Of a stretch of DNA of 32,000 bases, positions 1 through 9,261 are shown piece by piece (positions within the stretch are counted from its first letter, which is position 1; each line of letters opens with the position of its first letter). Source of the stretch: Methanosarcina siciliae T4/M (lineage in GTDB: Archaea > Halobacteriota > Methanosarcinia > Methanosarcinales > Methanosarcinaceae); assembly GCF_000970085.1 (NCBI RefSeq), contig NZ_CP009506.1:2315186-2347185 (forward strand), in the 5' to 3' direction. Below the pieces are notes generated by a model, which saw nothing but the letters and a program-made list of their open reading frames with translations, made no database searches and had not been told where the DNA came from. The position numbers were made by a program, and so were the translations under genes.

Positions 1-4
1 GAGC

Positions 5-1342
5 TTAATCTGATGTCTGCTGAGCTATGGCAAAGCCGACAGTGACTTCAACTTCCTTGCCAGTGACTTCTTTCAGTCGTTCTTCAGCTGTGCTGGCAAT
101 ATCAGGAGGAATTTCTTCCCCGGCTTGATACCCCACGACAAAATTCACAATGACCGGTTTTTTCTGCAGGGGTACTGTGGGTATGAGGTCGACGATCATT
201 TCCAGCAGGATGTCTTCGGGTTTATAGTCTATATTTATGATCCCGCTCAGTATAAATCCTGCTTCTGCATATTCGGGTTCTTCAAACATTATCTCAAGTT
301 CCTGGTTAACCTGCTGTTCAACAAGGGCGGCCTGGAAGGATGTGTAAGTAACAAGAGCGAGGATTATGGAGAGGAAGGCGATTGCAATAGCAAGAACTGC
401 TGCACGCGAGATCACCTCGGCGCGTGCACGACCAACAGCTTTTTCCTCAGCCGGACGAAAGCCTGAAATCCAGAACAGGATGAGGGCAGATACGTTGATG
501 GCAAGCAGGTTCACGAGCACCAGTACAGCCGCTGTCAGCGCAATATCATAGAATCCCCAGGCAAACCCGAGCCCCGATGTTGCAGCCGGAGGAACGAGGG
601 CAACGGCAATTGCCACCCCCACAAGGGTCGAACCTGAGCCCCGCATAATGCTTATGGCGCCGGCAAGCCCTGAGCCCAGCGCAAGGAAGAGGGACAGGAA
701 GTTAGGGCTGGTACGCTCAGCAATCTGGCCTATGTCGCGGATATCGAGACCAGGAGGCAAAAGCAGTGTTCCTTTCACGATTGCGCCTATCGCAGCAGCG
801 ACCAGGATTGCAAGCAGGAGCCCTCCTACCTGTAGTTTTATACCACGGGTGGTAAGTTTTCTCTCATCGATGACTGTCCCGACGCTGGCTGAGATTGCCG
901 GGCCCATGAGCGGGGCAACCACCATTGCCCCTATGATTGTTGCAGCAGAGTCAAGTAGCAGCCCTCCTGTAGCGATAATAGTGCTCAGGACAAGAAAAGC
1001 ACAAAAAGTGGAAGTTGCGGGTGCGAGGTCTTCCGCACGTGCGATGAGTTCTTCCCTGGAAATGCGAAGTCCGGAATAACGTTTCTTCAACGCTTCCAGG
1101 CGTGAGGAAACAACCGTCTCGGGTGACAGGACGATTGTGTATGCATTTTCGCGGATTCCCGCTTCACGCAGCTTTTCGAGCACAGGCTCGACCCCGATAG
1201 GAGGTATGGGGAACTGTACCAGGGCTTCGAACTCCCCTCTCCCTGTTTCGTCCCAGACCGCATAGTCGATCTTCTCGTTGTCAAGCACGGCCAGGACCGG
1301 CTCTCGTTTCCCCACCGGAATAAGTACCTGGACAATACGCAT
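5..1342 (-). CDS. TIGR00341/DUF389-family integral membrane protein
   Basis: The 445-aa ORF has a soluble N-terminal domain (MRIVQVLIPVGKREPVLAVLDNEKIDYAVW...). It is followed by multiple Gly/Ala/Leu-rich hydrophobic helices and a soluble C-terminal domain. This layout is typical of the DUF389 family. Confidence 0.7.
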   Translation of the reverse strand: MRIVQVLIPVGKREPVLAVLDNEKIDYAVWDETGRGEFEALVQFPIPPIGVEPVLEKLREAGIRENAYTIVLSPETVVSSRLEALKKRYSGLRISREELIARAEDLAPATSTFCAFLVLSTIIATGGLLLDSAATIIGAMVVAPLMGPAISASVGTVIDERKLTTRGIKLQVGGLLLAILVAAAIGAIVKGTLLLPPGLDIRDIGQIAERTSPNFLSLFLALGSGLAGAISIMRGSGSTLVGVAIAVALVPPAATSGLGFAWGFYDIALTAAVLVLVNLLAINVSALILFWISGFRPAEEKAVGRARAEVISRAAVLAIAIAFLSIILALVTYTSFQAALVEQQVNQELEIMFEEPEYAEAGFILSGIINIDYKPEDILLEMIVDLIPTVPLQKKPVIVNFVVGYQAGEEIPPDIASTAEERLKEVTGKEVEVTVGFAIAQQTSD

Positions 1343-1759
1343 AATATTATTATGGTATTTTAATATATAATATATATTATCAATATTGGGATATAATGGA
1401 AAGTTTTATAATATTTTTAGTCAAACTTATCTAAATATATTATATCGGTAACTGAAACAGAAATACGTTATCTGTCGGTCTTTTTAACCGGGGAATGTCT
1501 ATTTGCATTTTAATTATATCAGCAGGTTTTTTTCCATGTGAAAAGATTATCCATTCGTATCAGTTATTTCATAACAGTCATTTTGGCTTTTCCGAAACTT
1601 CGAGGAGGTTATTTCTCGTCTCCGGAGATATAATAAGTTCACAGGATCAGTTTGAAATAAGAGAACGGACTTTGAAATAAGATTTCTCGGAGAATTTGCC
1701 GCCCGCAGGGGAGGTTGGGTGTGTACCTAATTCTCATGCAAAAAAAGAATCACTCTATC

Positions 1760-1812
1760 AAATCACTCTAAACCGAATTACACGGAAAATCACTCTAAAC
1801 CGAATTACACGG
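1760..1812 (+). repeat. Two tandem copies of a ~26-bp unit directly upstream of the TPR gene start
   Basis: AAATCACTCTAAACCGAATTACACGG occurs twice back-to-back (1760-1785 and 1786-1812). A partial GAATCACTCTA lies at 1747-1757. The repeat ends 10 bp before the ATG at 1823. Confidence 0.8.
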
Positions 1813-1822
1813 GACCGATACT

Positions 1823-3157
1823 ATGGCAACTGATTTTAAAAAAAATCCAGGCAGGACAGGCAAGGAAGGCAGGCCAGACAGAGCAGGCAAAACAGGAAAA
1901 AAAGGCGCAGGCAAGAAAGGCAGAACCCCTAGGACCGGTGCGGGCAGGGCAGACAAATCCAGTGAAACAGCATATGACCGCCTGAAAAAAGCCCTTGAGC
2001 CTTATCAAAAAACCCTGGAGACAAACCCTGAGAATGCAGCCGCCTGGGCAGGTAAAGGCTCGGTTTTTCTGAGGCACAGGATGTATAAGGATTCCCTGAA
2101 AGCCTATGAAAAAGCCCTTGAGATCGAACCTGAAAATCCCGCCTACCTCTACGAAAAAGGTTTCGTGCTCCTTCAGCTCAACAGGGAAGAAGATGCCCTG
2201 CAGACGTTTGACAGGCTGCTTGAGATAAAGCAGGATCATGACAAGGCCTGGAACCTGAAAACCTCCGTCCTCTGCAGGCTCGGACAGCATGAAAAAGCCC
2301 TTGCAGCCTCTGAAAATGCCCTTGCTTCAAACCCCAAACTGGCTGGCGCCTGGCATGCAAAGGGCACTGTCCTTTCTGACCTGGGCAGATATGAGGAGGC
2401 CATAACAGCCTATGATGCCGCTCTTAAAATAAACCCTAACCTCGCCCGCGCCTGGGAAGGGAAAGCCTTTGCTCTCTACAGCCTGGACCGTCCGGTTGAA
2501 GCTGCAATAGCTTACGATTCCGCCCTCAAGATAAACCCGGACAATGCAAAGACCCGGGTCGGGAAAGCAATGGTCCACCTCAAGCTCGGTAAATATAAAA
2601 AAGCACTTGAGCCCTGCAATAAAGCTATCTCAATCAAACCAGATTTAGCCGAAGCCTGGTACTGCAAGGGTATGATTCTTGCCGGTCTTGAAAAAGACGA
2701 CGAAGCCCTCGGAGCCTTTGAAAGAGCCCTCCGGATCCGGCCGGACTATCCCGATGCCCGACAGGCAAGAAACTCCATAAGTTCCAAACTCGGAATCGAC
2801 TTCGATGAAGAGGAAGACGAAGAGGAAACGGAAGAAGAAAAGCCGAGAGCCAGGAGGAGCTTCTGGACAAGAAAAGAGCCCACAAGCGAGATAGTGAAGA
2901 GAAGCCGGGGACAGGAAAGAGAGCAGAGAGGAGGAGCTAAAAGAGGAGAAGGGACAAGAAAGGGGCCAAAAGGAGAAGGAGCTAAAAAAAGCGGATGGGA
3001 AAGGAAAGAGCCGAAAGGAGAGGGAACTAAGAAGAGCGGATGGGCAAGGCAAGAACCAAAAGGTGAGGGAACTGATAAAAGCAGGGGCCAGGAAAAAAGG
3101 CAAAGAAGAAAAGTTGTCAGGAAAAATCTTGGAAAAGGAGGAGAGAAAAAGAAGTAA
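1823..3157 (+). CDS. TPR-repeat protein with Lys/Gly/Arg-rich N-terminus and Lys/Glu/Gly-rich repetitive C-terminal tail
   Basis: The 444-aa ORF carries about 8 consecutive 34-aa TPR units (e.g. AAAWAGKGSVFLRHRMYKDSLKAYEKALEIEPEN, ARAWEGKAFALYSLDRPVEAAIAYDSALKINPDN). The C-terminus holds repeated KEPKGEGTKKSGW-type units. Confidence 0.85.
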   Translation: MATDFKKNPGRTGKEGRPDRAGKTGKKGAGKKGRTPRTGAGRADKSSETAYDRLKKALEPYQKTLETNPENAAAWAGKGSVFLRHRMYKDSLKAYEKALEIEPENPAYLYEKGFVLLQLNREEDALQTFDRLLEIKQDHDKAWNLKTSVLCRLGQHEKALAASENALASNPKLAGAWHAKGTVLSDLGRYEEAITAYDAALKINPNLARAWEGKAFALYSLDRPVEAAIAYDSALKINPDNAKTRVGKAMVHLKLGKYKKALEPCNKAISIKPDLAEAWYCKGMILAGLEKDDEALGAFERALRIRPDYPDARQARNSISSKLGIDFDEEEDEEETEEEKPRARRSFWTRKEPTSEIVKRSRGQEREQRGGAKRGEGTRKGPKGEGAKKSGWERKEPKGEGTKKSGWARQEPKGEGTDKSRGQEKRQRRKVVRKNLGKGGEKKK

Positions 3158-3176
3158 CTTTCCTTTTTTCCGGGCT

Positions 3177-3278
3177 GGTCAGGTGTTTAACCATTTATTT
3201 ACAAATGGTTGGTCAGGTGCTTAACCACTCACTTATAAACGGCTGGTCGGATGTTTATCTCCCTGCTCATATTGTGAT
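3177..3278 (+). repeat. Cluster A of ~34-bp tandem repeats (3 copies, third degenerate)
   Basis: The units are GGTCAGGTGTTTAACCATTTATTTACAAATGGTT, GGTCAGGTGCTTAACCACTCACTTATAAACGGCT and GGTCGGATGTTTATCTCCCTGCTCATATTGTGAT, starting at 3177, 3211 and 3245. This is the same family as cluster B at 5400-5533. Confidence 0.75.
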
Positions 3279-3377
3279 CAGTTTGCTTTCAAGAGCTAAA
3301 AAGTAGTATTCTTTAAAAGTAAATTCCCTCTTCGGGAATAAATTCTAATTTTCTCCGGATGGATTTTTATATATTGA

Positions 3378-3785
3378 GTGCACTTCGTAGCAGAAAACTT
3401 GTCCAATATTATAAACCTGAAAGAATTTATCTGTGACCAGAAAGGTGATCTTACGCTTCAATATGTGACTCAAGTGTATGATGTGTACCGCTCAACGGGA
3501 AATCATTCAAGGTATTGCCGGGATGTTTTGTCGAACGTTTTGAACGAGATGGAATTTAAGAAGCCGCTTTATTGTTTTACCCTGCCAGGTCTCCTTCTTG
3601 TTTCAGGTGGGCTGTATGTGACCCTGAATTTTTTACAGACACCTTACCCCGGAGAGATCCCTGGTTTAGGGCTGACTATTTTACTTCTGTTGCTACTGAT
3701 TTTCTTCGGAATCTGTATGGCTTTTGCCGGATTTCTGCTGCATTCGATTACCGGTTTTATCCGATATAAAAAGAGCAACGCCTGA
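3378..3785 (+). CDS. Hypothetical small membrane protein (GTG start; uncertain)
   Basis: The 135-aa ORF has two C-terminal hydrophobic helices (LPGLLLVSGGLYVTLNFL and LGLTILLLLLLIFFGICMAFAGFLL). I recognise no family. The start codon is non-ATG. Confidence 0.3.
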   Translation: MHFVAENLSNIINLKEFICDQKGDLTLQYVTQVYDVYRSTGNHSRYCRDVLSNVLNEMEFKKPLYCFTLPGLLLVSGGLYVTLNFLQTPYPGEIPGLGLTILLLLLLIFFGICMAFAGFLLHSITGFIRYKKSNA

Positions 3786-3880
3786 AAGTTTGCAATATCG
3801 GTTTTTATGGTGAGCTTCGTCCGCTCAGGAGGGAGATGCTCTGTTAATATTTTTGTTCTCAGGAAGCTGGGGAAAAGAAG

Positions 3881-5362
3881 TTACAGCAGAAGCAGGAAGA
3901 TGGAAGCTGGTAATGTAACATATTTTCCGCTGAGATCAAATCTGTCTTTTGAAACAAGGATTCCTCTTTCAAATACAGTCAGGCCCCGATAATCGCTGCT
4001 GTTTATCCGGTTCTGGTATTTCAGTTCTATTCCGAGAAGAATGCTTCCCTTTTCTTTCAGGACAAAATCAACTTCTTTTTTGCCGCCGCCTGTTTTCAAA
4101 TAGAAGACGCGGTCATGAGGGGAGAAGACGTCGCTCGGATATTTTTCATATATGAAACGCAGCAAATGGGAATGAAAAACGGATTCTACCAGTTTGCTTC
4201 TGGTTTCGGGGCTGCTGAGATAGAGATTTGCAGATTCAAAGTAGTCAGTAAGGCCTGAAGCCCAGGCGTGCAGGGCATGGAAGATGAAAGGGTCCCGGAA
4301 GTAGATTTTTTTCGCTTTTTTGAAGTTTGCAGTCTTTTTTGGAAGGTCAAGGGGATAGAGCACGTTAAGGACAAAAGAGTCTTCAAGGGCAGTGACATAT
4401 TTCCGGACTGTTACGTGAGCTCCGATATCGGTTTCATCTGTGATACTCCTCCAGCTAACGGGTGTTGTAAGCTTTCCGGCTATGCTTCTGAGAGCCTGTT
4501 TTACCGGCATCTCCGGAATGTTCCAGCGGGCCAGGTCGCCTATGAGGGACTGTATATAGATTTCATAGGTGCTGCCATCGATTTTGTTTTTTGAGAAAAA
4601 CTCGTTAACAGCTCTCGGGATCCCTCCGGTGAGCAGATACTGGTCAAAGAGCCTATCAAGTTCGGGCTGGTAGAGGAGGAGCATGTTCAAGAGAGGGTCA
4701 GCTCTGCCTTCGGACAGGTTTGAAAGGATTTCCTTCCTTTTTTCGGCTTCAACGAGCCTGTTTGCTTCCATGAACTGCTTCAGGTCGGAGTTAAGGGTCT
4801 CCGCATATTCGGAAAACTTCATCGGAAAAAAGATCTTATCCAGAGTCCCTTCTCCTTCCCCCCTCCTCCCCGGAAGCCTTTCGATGCTGCTCTTTATATC
4901 GATCGAGTGAGACCCTGTCAGGACTACGGTTGTATTATTCAGGGCTCCGGTATCAACAAGGTACTTCAGTCCCTTTTCCCAGTCCCGGACCGAAGAAATT
5001 TCATCCAGGAAAATATATTTTCTCTCCAGCCGGAAAGCTGCCGCCCACTTAAGGTAGAGATCCAGACCCTCAAAAAGCTCTTTTTCATCAGCCACAAGGT
5101 CACAGGTAAAGTAAAAAACGCTCTGGAAATACTCGATTTTTTCAAGCAGCTCCCGAATTATGAGCTTGACCAGCGTAGTCTTTCCAACCTGCCTCGGCCC
5201 CCTCAAAGTGTAAATCCTGTCCCTGTCAAACTTCAGCTCCGAAAGAAGCCCCGGACTCCACTTCATGAGCGATTCATCCAGTTTTTTCAGTTTGGCATCA
5301 TCCCGGATAGCAGCAGGATTCCTCCACCAGGGGTTCTGAGCCGAGAGTTGCATCAAATCCAT
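3881..5362 (-). CDS. AAA-type ATPase with DUF4143-like C-terminal domain (COG1373-like)
   Basis: The 493-aa ORF starts NPWW..., has Walker A RGPRQVGKTTL and Walker B YIFLDEIS. The C-terminal part (EVDFVL ... GIELKYQ) resembles the restriction-endonuclease-like DUF4143 module of this family. Confidence 0.85.
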   Translation of the reverse strand: MDLMQLSAQNPWWRNPAAIRDDAKLKKLDESLMKWSPGLLSELKFDRDRIYTLRGPRQVGKTTLVKLIIRELLEKIEYFQSVFYFTCDLVADEKELFEGLDLYLKWAAAFRLERKYIFLDEISSVRDWEKGLKYLVDTGALNNTTVVLTGSHSIDIKSSIERLPGRRGEGEGTLDKIFFPMKFSEYAETLNSDLKQFMEANRLVEAEKRKEILSNLSEGRADPLLNMLLLYQPELDRLFDQYLLTGGIPRAVNEFFSKNKIDGSTYEIYIQSLIGDLARWNIPEMPVKQALRSIAGKLTTPVSWRSITDETDIGAHVTVRKYVTALEDSFVLNVLYPLDLPKKTANFKKAKKIYFRDPFIFHALHAWASGLTDYFESANLYLSSPETRSKLVESVFHSHLLRFIYEKYPSDVFSPHDRVFYLKTGGGKKEVDFVLKEKGSILLGIELKYQNRINSSDYRGLTVFERGILVSKDRFDLSGKYVTLPASIFLLLL

Positions 5363-5399
5363 ATGGTTTATTCTATGTCCTTTGTGGTTTATATAATTT

Positions 5400-5533
5400 G
5401 GTTAGATAATTAACCACTTATTTATATGTAGCTGGTTAGATGTTTAACCACATTATTATAAGCAACTGGTTAGGTACTTTCCCCAGGTTTATATATAACT
5501 GGTTAGATACTGATCTCTCTATATTCTAGAAGA
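5400..5533 (+). repeat. Cluster B of ~34-bp tandem repeats (4 copies) upstream of the ATPase gene start
   Basis: The units start at 5400, 5434, 5468 and 5501: GGTTAGATAATTAACCACTTATTTATATGTAGCT, GGTTAGATGTTTAACCACATTATTATAAGCAACT, GGTTAGGTACTTTCCCCAGGTTTATATATAACT and GGTTAGATACTGATCTCTCTATATTCTAGAAGA. Each unit has a GGTTA-N6-TAACC inverted half-site followed by a TATA-like box. Confidence 0.8.
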
Positions 5534-5758
5534 AGATTCCAAAAGAGAATAAACCAGCTTTCCAGAGCTGGAAATTAAATCTTTCCTTCTCAGGAAAAAA
5601 TTCTGTTTGCCGGCATTCCAACTCTTTTTTAATATATTTTTTCTGCCACCGGCCAGAAGAAGAAAGATCCCGGATCAAAATTTCCGCTCAAGTAACTATA
5701 AACTCTATAAACTCAACTATCAGCCTGTATACTCAAACCGCCGCTATTCTAACTCGAT

Positions 5759-6241
5759 TTATTGGACTTCTGCAATAATCACAACATAATTCTTCCCGTA
5801 TTTTTCGGCACAGGCCGGACAGGTGGTATACCACATATACCATTTCTTAATTTCAAGCCCCTGCCCTTTTGCATACCCTTCAAAGTCCGCACACCATTCC
5901 CCTGTTTTTTCAAAATCTCCCTCGTAGACTTTGCTCAAAAACTTCCCGCTCAGGGTCAGGTTTTCAGCTCCCTCGACCTCTCTATCAACAGCCAGATAGA
6001 GGTCCATATTGCTTTCTGATGTGTGGTCCGACAGGCAGAGCCAGTCAGGAATTTCAGCCCCTGCCCTGGCAACTTTTTCGTTCATCCTCATAACTACTTC
6101 CCCGAAGTTCAGGGGCATGTAATTCTGAGTGGTCACGGAATCTTTGATGAACTTTTTATTCTTCCATTCAAAGAGTTTGCCGTCCCAGGGGGCGGGGTCA
6201 AACGGAGGACAACATTCCGGAGTTTCGGTTTCGCTGGTCAT
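5759..6241 (-). CDS. Conserved hypothetical protein (acidic, C-terminal CPAC motif)
   Basis: The 160-aa ORF has no better competing frame. It begins with a CC pair (PECCPPFDP) and ends WYMWYTTCPACAEKYGKNYVV. No function can be assigned from sequence alone. Confidence 0.55.
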   Translation of the reverse strand: MTSETETPECCPPFDPAPWDGKLFEWKNKKFIKDSVTTQNYMPLNFGEVVMRMNEKVARAGAEIPDWLCLSDHTSESNMDLYLAVDREVEGAENLTLSGKFLSKVYEGDFEKTGEWCADFEGYAKGQGLEIKKWYMWYTTCPACAEKYGKNYVVIIAEVQ

Positions 6242-6455
6242 GACTATTCTCCCATTTAGAGAATTACTCCGGGAGTTATTTTAGGCTTTGGGTTCCGGTG
6301 AGTTTGGGGGTAAAATTAGTTTTAGAATCTGTCCGAAAAGTCAGTAATGCATGTTGAAAAGTTACAATGCGTCTATAATATCAAAGTATCTGCTACGGGT
6401 TTGCATATCAGAGGTTGTAAAAGTTACAGCAGGTAACTACTTTTCTGATAGGCTC

Positions 6456-6728
6456 TTAGCCCACCCTAAAAAATGAAGAGCCATCTTCTTTGTTTATGTC
6501 CCCAACGTACTCACGATATATTACGTACTTGCCATTTGCTTTTTTCATGCACCTTACCCCAAGTCCACTCTTCTTCAACATCGCTTTTCTCTTCCCGGCA
6601 TCGGATTTATCCAGTCCGAAATAACTGAGCTCATCGAGCATGTAGGTTTTACCATTAAATTTCCTAAAAGTTTTATGCATAGCGACCCCGAAGCTATTTA
6701 GTTTTGAATAGAGAGTAAAGGCTGTCAC
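6456..6728 (-). CDS. Hypothetical small basic protein (GTG start overlapping upstream stop)
   Basis: The 90-aa ORF has its GTG start overlapping the TGA of the upstream 82-aa ORF (GTGA). This suggests translational coupling. The protein is Lys-rich and I recognise no family. Confidence 0.4.
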   Translation of the reverse strand: MTAFTLYSKLNSFGVAMHKTFRKFNGKTYMLDELSYFGLDKSDAGKRKAMLKKSGLGVRCMKKANGKYVIYREYVGDINKEDGSSFFRVG

Positions 6729-6973
6729 TGACTTTCTTTAACCTGATATACAATCTCGCTTCCATCTTCCCCTGTTTTCCGAATACCCTCACTACTTATG
6801 ATATAATCATCAGTTTCAGAAATGTCAGAAGCGTGATCCTGTATCGCTCTAATTGCCTCACCAATTGTAACAGGTTCATCTGCATTATCCGGAATATGAA
6901 TCGGTTCATCTATTCCTTTTTTTGCGATTAATGCAAGTTTTTCCAGTGCTTCGATCAGAGTCATTTCTGTCAT
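6725..6973 (-). CDS. Hypothetical small acidic protein, first gene of a two-gene cassette
   Basis: The 82-aa ORF is acidic (many D/E). A GGAGG-like motif precedes its ATG (ggaggaataaaatccATG on the minus strand). It has a 4-bp overlap with the downstream ORF. Confidence 0.45.
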   Translation of the reverse strand: MTEMTLIEALEKLALIAKKGIDEPIHIPDNADEPVTIGEAIRAIQDHASDISETDDYIISSEGIRKTGEDGSEIVYQVKESQ

Positions 6974-7158
6974 GGATTTTATTCCTCCTTCCAGAAGTTC
7001 TTTTCTTATTCTGCCCTAATATAGTTTGGGTCTCTTCTTCTATGTCTTTTATCTTCACAATATCTTTTTTTCAGTCCAGGAAAATCCCCGGCAGCCTGCT
7101 TAGAAGATGAAAATAATTTCCGAAAACCGCTGTTAAACTGAAGTTTCAAAGAAACGTG

Positions 7159-9069
7159 ATTTTAACCTCACTTTTCTCTAAAAAACAGTATCAGCTGACC
7201 TTTTGCAAATTTTTTATTTGTAGATCCTAAGTTTTAAATTCACTTTAAAAAGTCTATTAGTATTGTTTATTTCAAAAATTTATTTATATAGGTAGATCAT
7301 AATTAATACTATGGTATTTTTAAGAAAGAAACTCGTCAATGGGAAACCTTACTGGTATATAGTAGAATCTGCCAGAGTTGATGGAAAGGTAAAAACCATT
7401 TTTCAGGTTTATCTGGGTAGCGCAGAAAAAATACTTGAGATGAAAAGGCAATGTGAATCATTGCCCTATGATAAACTTAGATCCTTTGATTACGGCAAGC
7501 TTGCCGCACTTCTTCATGTGAATGAAGAACTTGGATTCATTGACATAGTTAACAAGCATACTGACAAAAAATTAATAGATGGATTGAGTGTTGGAGAATA
7601 CCTCTTACTTGATGTAATCGGAAAAAGTCACGGCGTTTTAAGTGAAAACGGGATTGAAGAGTGGTTCAAAAAATCCCCTTTAGCTTTCATGTGGAAATTC
7701 CCGCACAAGTTAAATTGTCAGAATTTTTTGAACCAAATGAATTATGTCGACTTAGATACTATGAAAAAGATTGTAGACGATCTCTGCAGAGTTCTTGTAG
7801 GAAAGGGATTAACTCCATCAATAATGTTTGTGGATGAATCAAACTGGTTTACATATGCTAACAATTATGATGACGAGAGCGAACTGCTTCATAAAGGATA
7901 TAACAAAAAGCATAGGAAAGACAAAAATCAAATATGTGTTTCGCTAGCTGTAAACGAGGATAACATACCTTTTATTCATGAAACATATCCTGGAAATGTT
8001 CATGACTCTGAAGAATTTTCAGGCATAGTAGATAAAATCATAAACAGACTGACTGAATTAAATATCTGTTCTGAAGATCTTGTTCTTGTTTTCGATAAGG
8101 GTAACAACTCAAAAGATAACATTGAAAAGGTAACCTCAAAAATGAGTTTTGTAGGATCTGCAAAAACAAATCAAGCCGAGGAGCTTCTCGATGTTCCGCT
8201 TTCCAAATATGAGTGTTTATACAAGAATTCGAAAGGTAACAAAATTTTTGGATACAGAACAAAACACCAGTTTTACGGAGCAGAATATACAACCGTAATA
8301 ACCTACAACGAAGGAACTTACAAGCTTCAAAAGAGCACTTATGAAACAAACAAATCAAGAATAATTGATAGTTTGGAGGATCTCCAGAGAAGATTAGAAA
8401 GCAGTAAAGGAAAAGAAAGAAACAGGAGCAGCGTAGAACGTGAGGTTGCAGGAATTATTCTGAAAAAATGCAATAGCGTTATAAAATATGAAATAATTGA
8501 TGCTCTGGAAGGGAAGAATTTTCCTCAGTTAAAGTTCTGGATTGATGAAGAAAACGAAAAAAAGTGCGAAAAGACGTTTGGGAAGAACGTCCTATTTACG
8601 GATAAGCAAAAGTGGCAAACTAAAAAGATAGTGAAAACATATAACAGTAAGAATCTTGTTGAAGATGATTTTAAACTGTTGAATGATCACTTGCTTGTTC
8701 CTGTAGGACCAGTATATCATCACAAGGATGAAAACATTAGAGTTCATGTGTTTTTGGCTATGGCTGGCCTACTTTTCTACAGATACCTGGCATGGGAGAC
8801 CAAAATGTACGGTTTCTCTTTGAAAAAGCTCATTGAAAAACTGTCTGAGATCAAGATTGCGGTAGTTCAGGAAAAAGAGTCCAAAAAAAGCAAAATTATT
8901 GTGGAAGAAATGGACACAAAACAAGCATCGTTATTTTCTTTTCTAAACATGGAAAAATACCTGCCATATTAACAAAATCGTTATTGGCAGGATTATTCTT
9001 TTATTAGGCATACACAAACAAAGCCAGAGGATAACGGAAAATCACTCATCTTTGAAAGGTGAGTTAAAT
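7159..9069 (+). mobile_element. IS1634-family (IS4-related) insertion sequence; boundaries tentative
   Basis: A single transposase ORF is flanked by imperfect inverted termini. ATTTTAACCTCACTTTTC lies at 7159-7176. The reverse complement of 9054-9069 is ATTTAACTCACCTTTC. These match at 15 of 16 positions with 2 indels. I could not identify a target-site duplication. Confidence 0.5.
7311..8972 (+). CDS. IS1634-family DDE transposase
   Basis: The 553-aa ORF has the N-terminus MVFLRKKLVNGKPYWYIVESARVDGKVKTI typical of IS1634 transposases. Candidate DDE residues lie in MFVDESNW, LVFDKGNNS and NLVEDDFKLLN. Confidence 0.85.
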   Translation: MVFLRKKLVNGKPYWYIVESARVDGKVKTIFQVYLGSAEKILEMKRQCESLPYDKLRSFDYGKLAALLHVNEELGFIDIVNKHTDKKLIDGLSVGEYLLLDVIGKSHGVLSENGIEEWFKKSPLAFMWKFPHKLNCQNFLNQMNYVDLDTMKKIVDDLCRVLVGKGLTPSIMFVDESNWFTYANNYDDESELLHKGYNKKHRKDKNQICVSLAVNEDNIPFIHETYPGNVHDSEEFSGIVDKIINRLTELNICSEDLVLVFDKGNNSKDNIEKVTSKMSFVGSAKTNQAEELLDVPLSKYECLYKNSKGNKIFGYRTKHQFYGAEYTTVITYNEGTYKLQKSTYETNKSRIIDSLEDLQRRLESSKGKERNRSSVEREVAGIILKKCNSVIKYEIIDALEGKNFPQLKFWIDEENEKKCEKTFGKNVLFTDKQKWQTKKIVKTYNSKNLVEDDFKLLNDHLLVPVGPVYHHKDENIRVHVFLAMAGLLFYRYLAWETKMYGFSLKKLIEKLSEIKIAVVQEKESKKSKIIVEEMDTKQASLFSFLNMEKYLPY

Positions 9070-9261
9070 AACCGATTGCTGACCGTAAAAAAAGTTTTTA
9101 CAAAACTTTCTGTATGCTTTGCTCCGATTTCCAGCTTCCAGGACCAAGATAATAAGCTGCAAATCCCTAACAGCAAGCAGTACCCGATATTCTCCAACTT
9201 TCAAAGAATAAACTGGAGTGTTAGCAGGAGTTTTAAGCTTCCTGGAAAAATCAAACCCGCA

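Noticed and set aside
1782-1795. The 14-mer ACGGAAAATCACTC is shared between the TPR upstream repeat (1782-1795) and the right end of the IS (9034-9047).
   Set aside because: A handful of 14-mer coincidences is expected by chance in 32 kb of AT-biased sequence on two strands. The similarity does not extend further.
6351-6430. A short direct repeat, GTTGAAAAGTTACA and GTTGTAAAAGTTACA, about 60 bp apart in the 6242-6455 intergenic region.
   Set aside because: There are only two imperfect ~14-bp copies and no associated structure or gene-start geometry. This is too weak to interpret.
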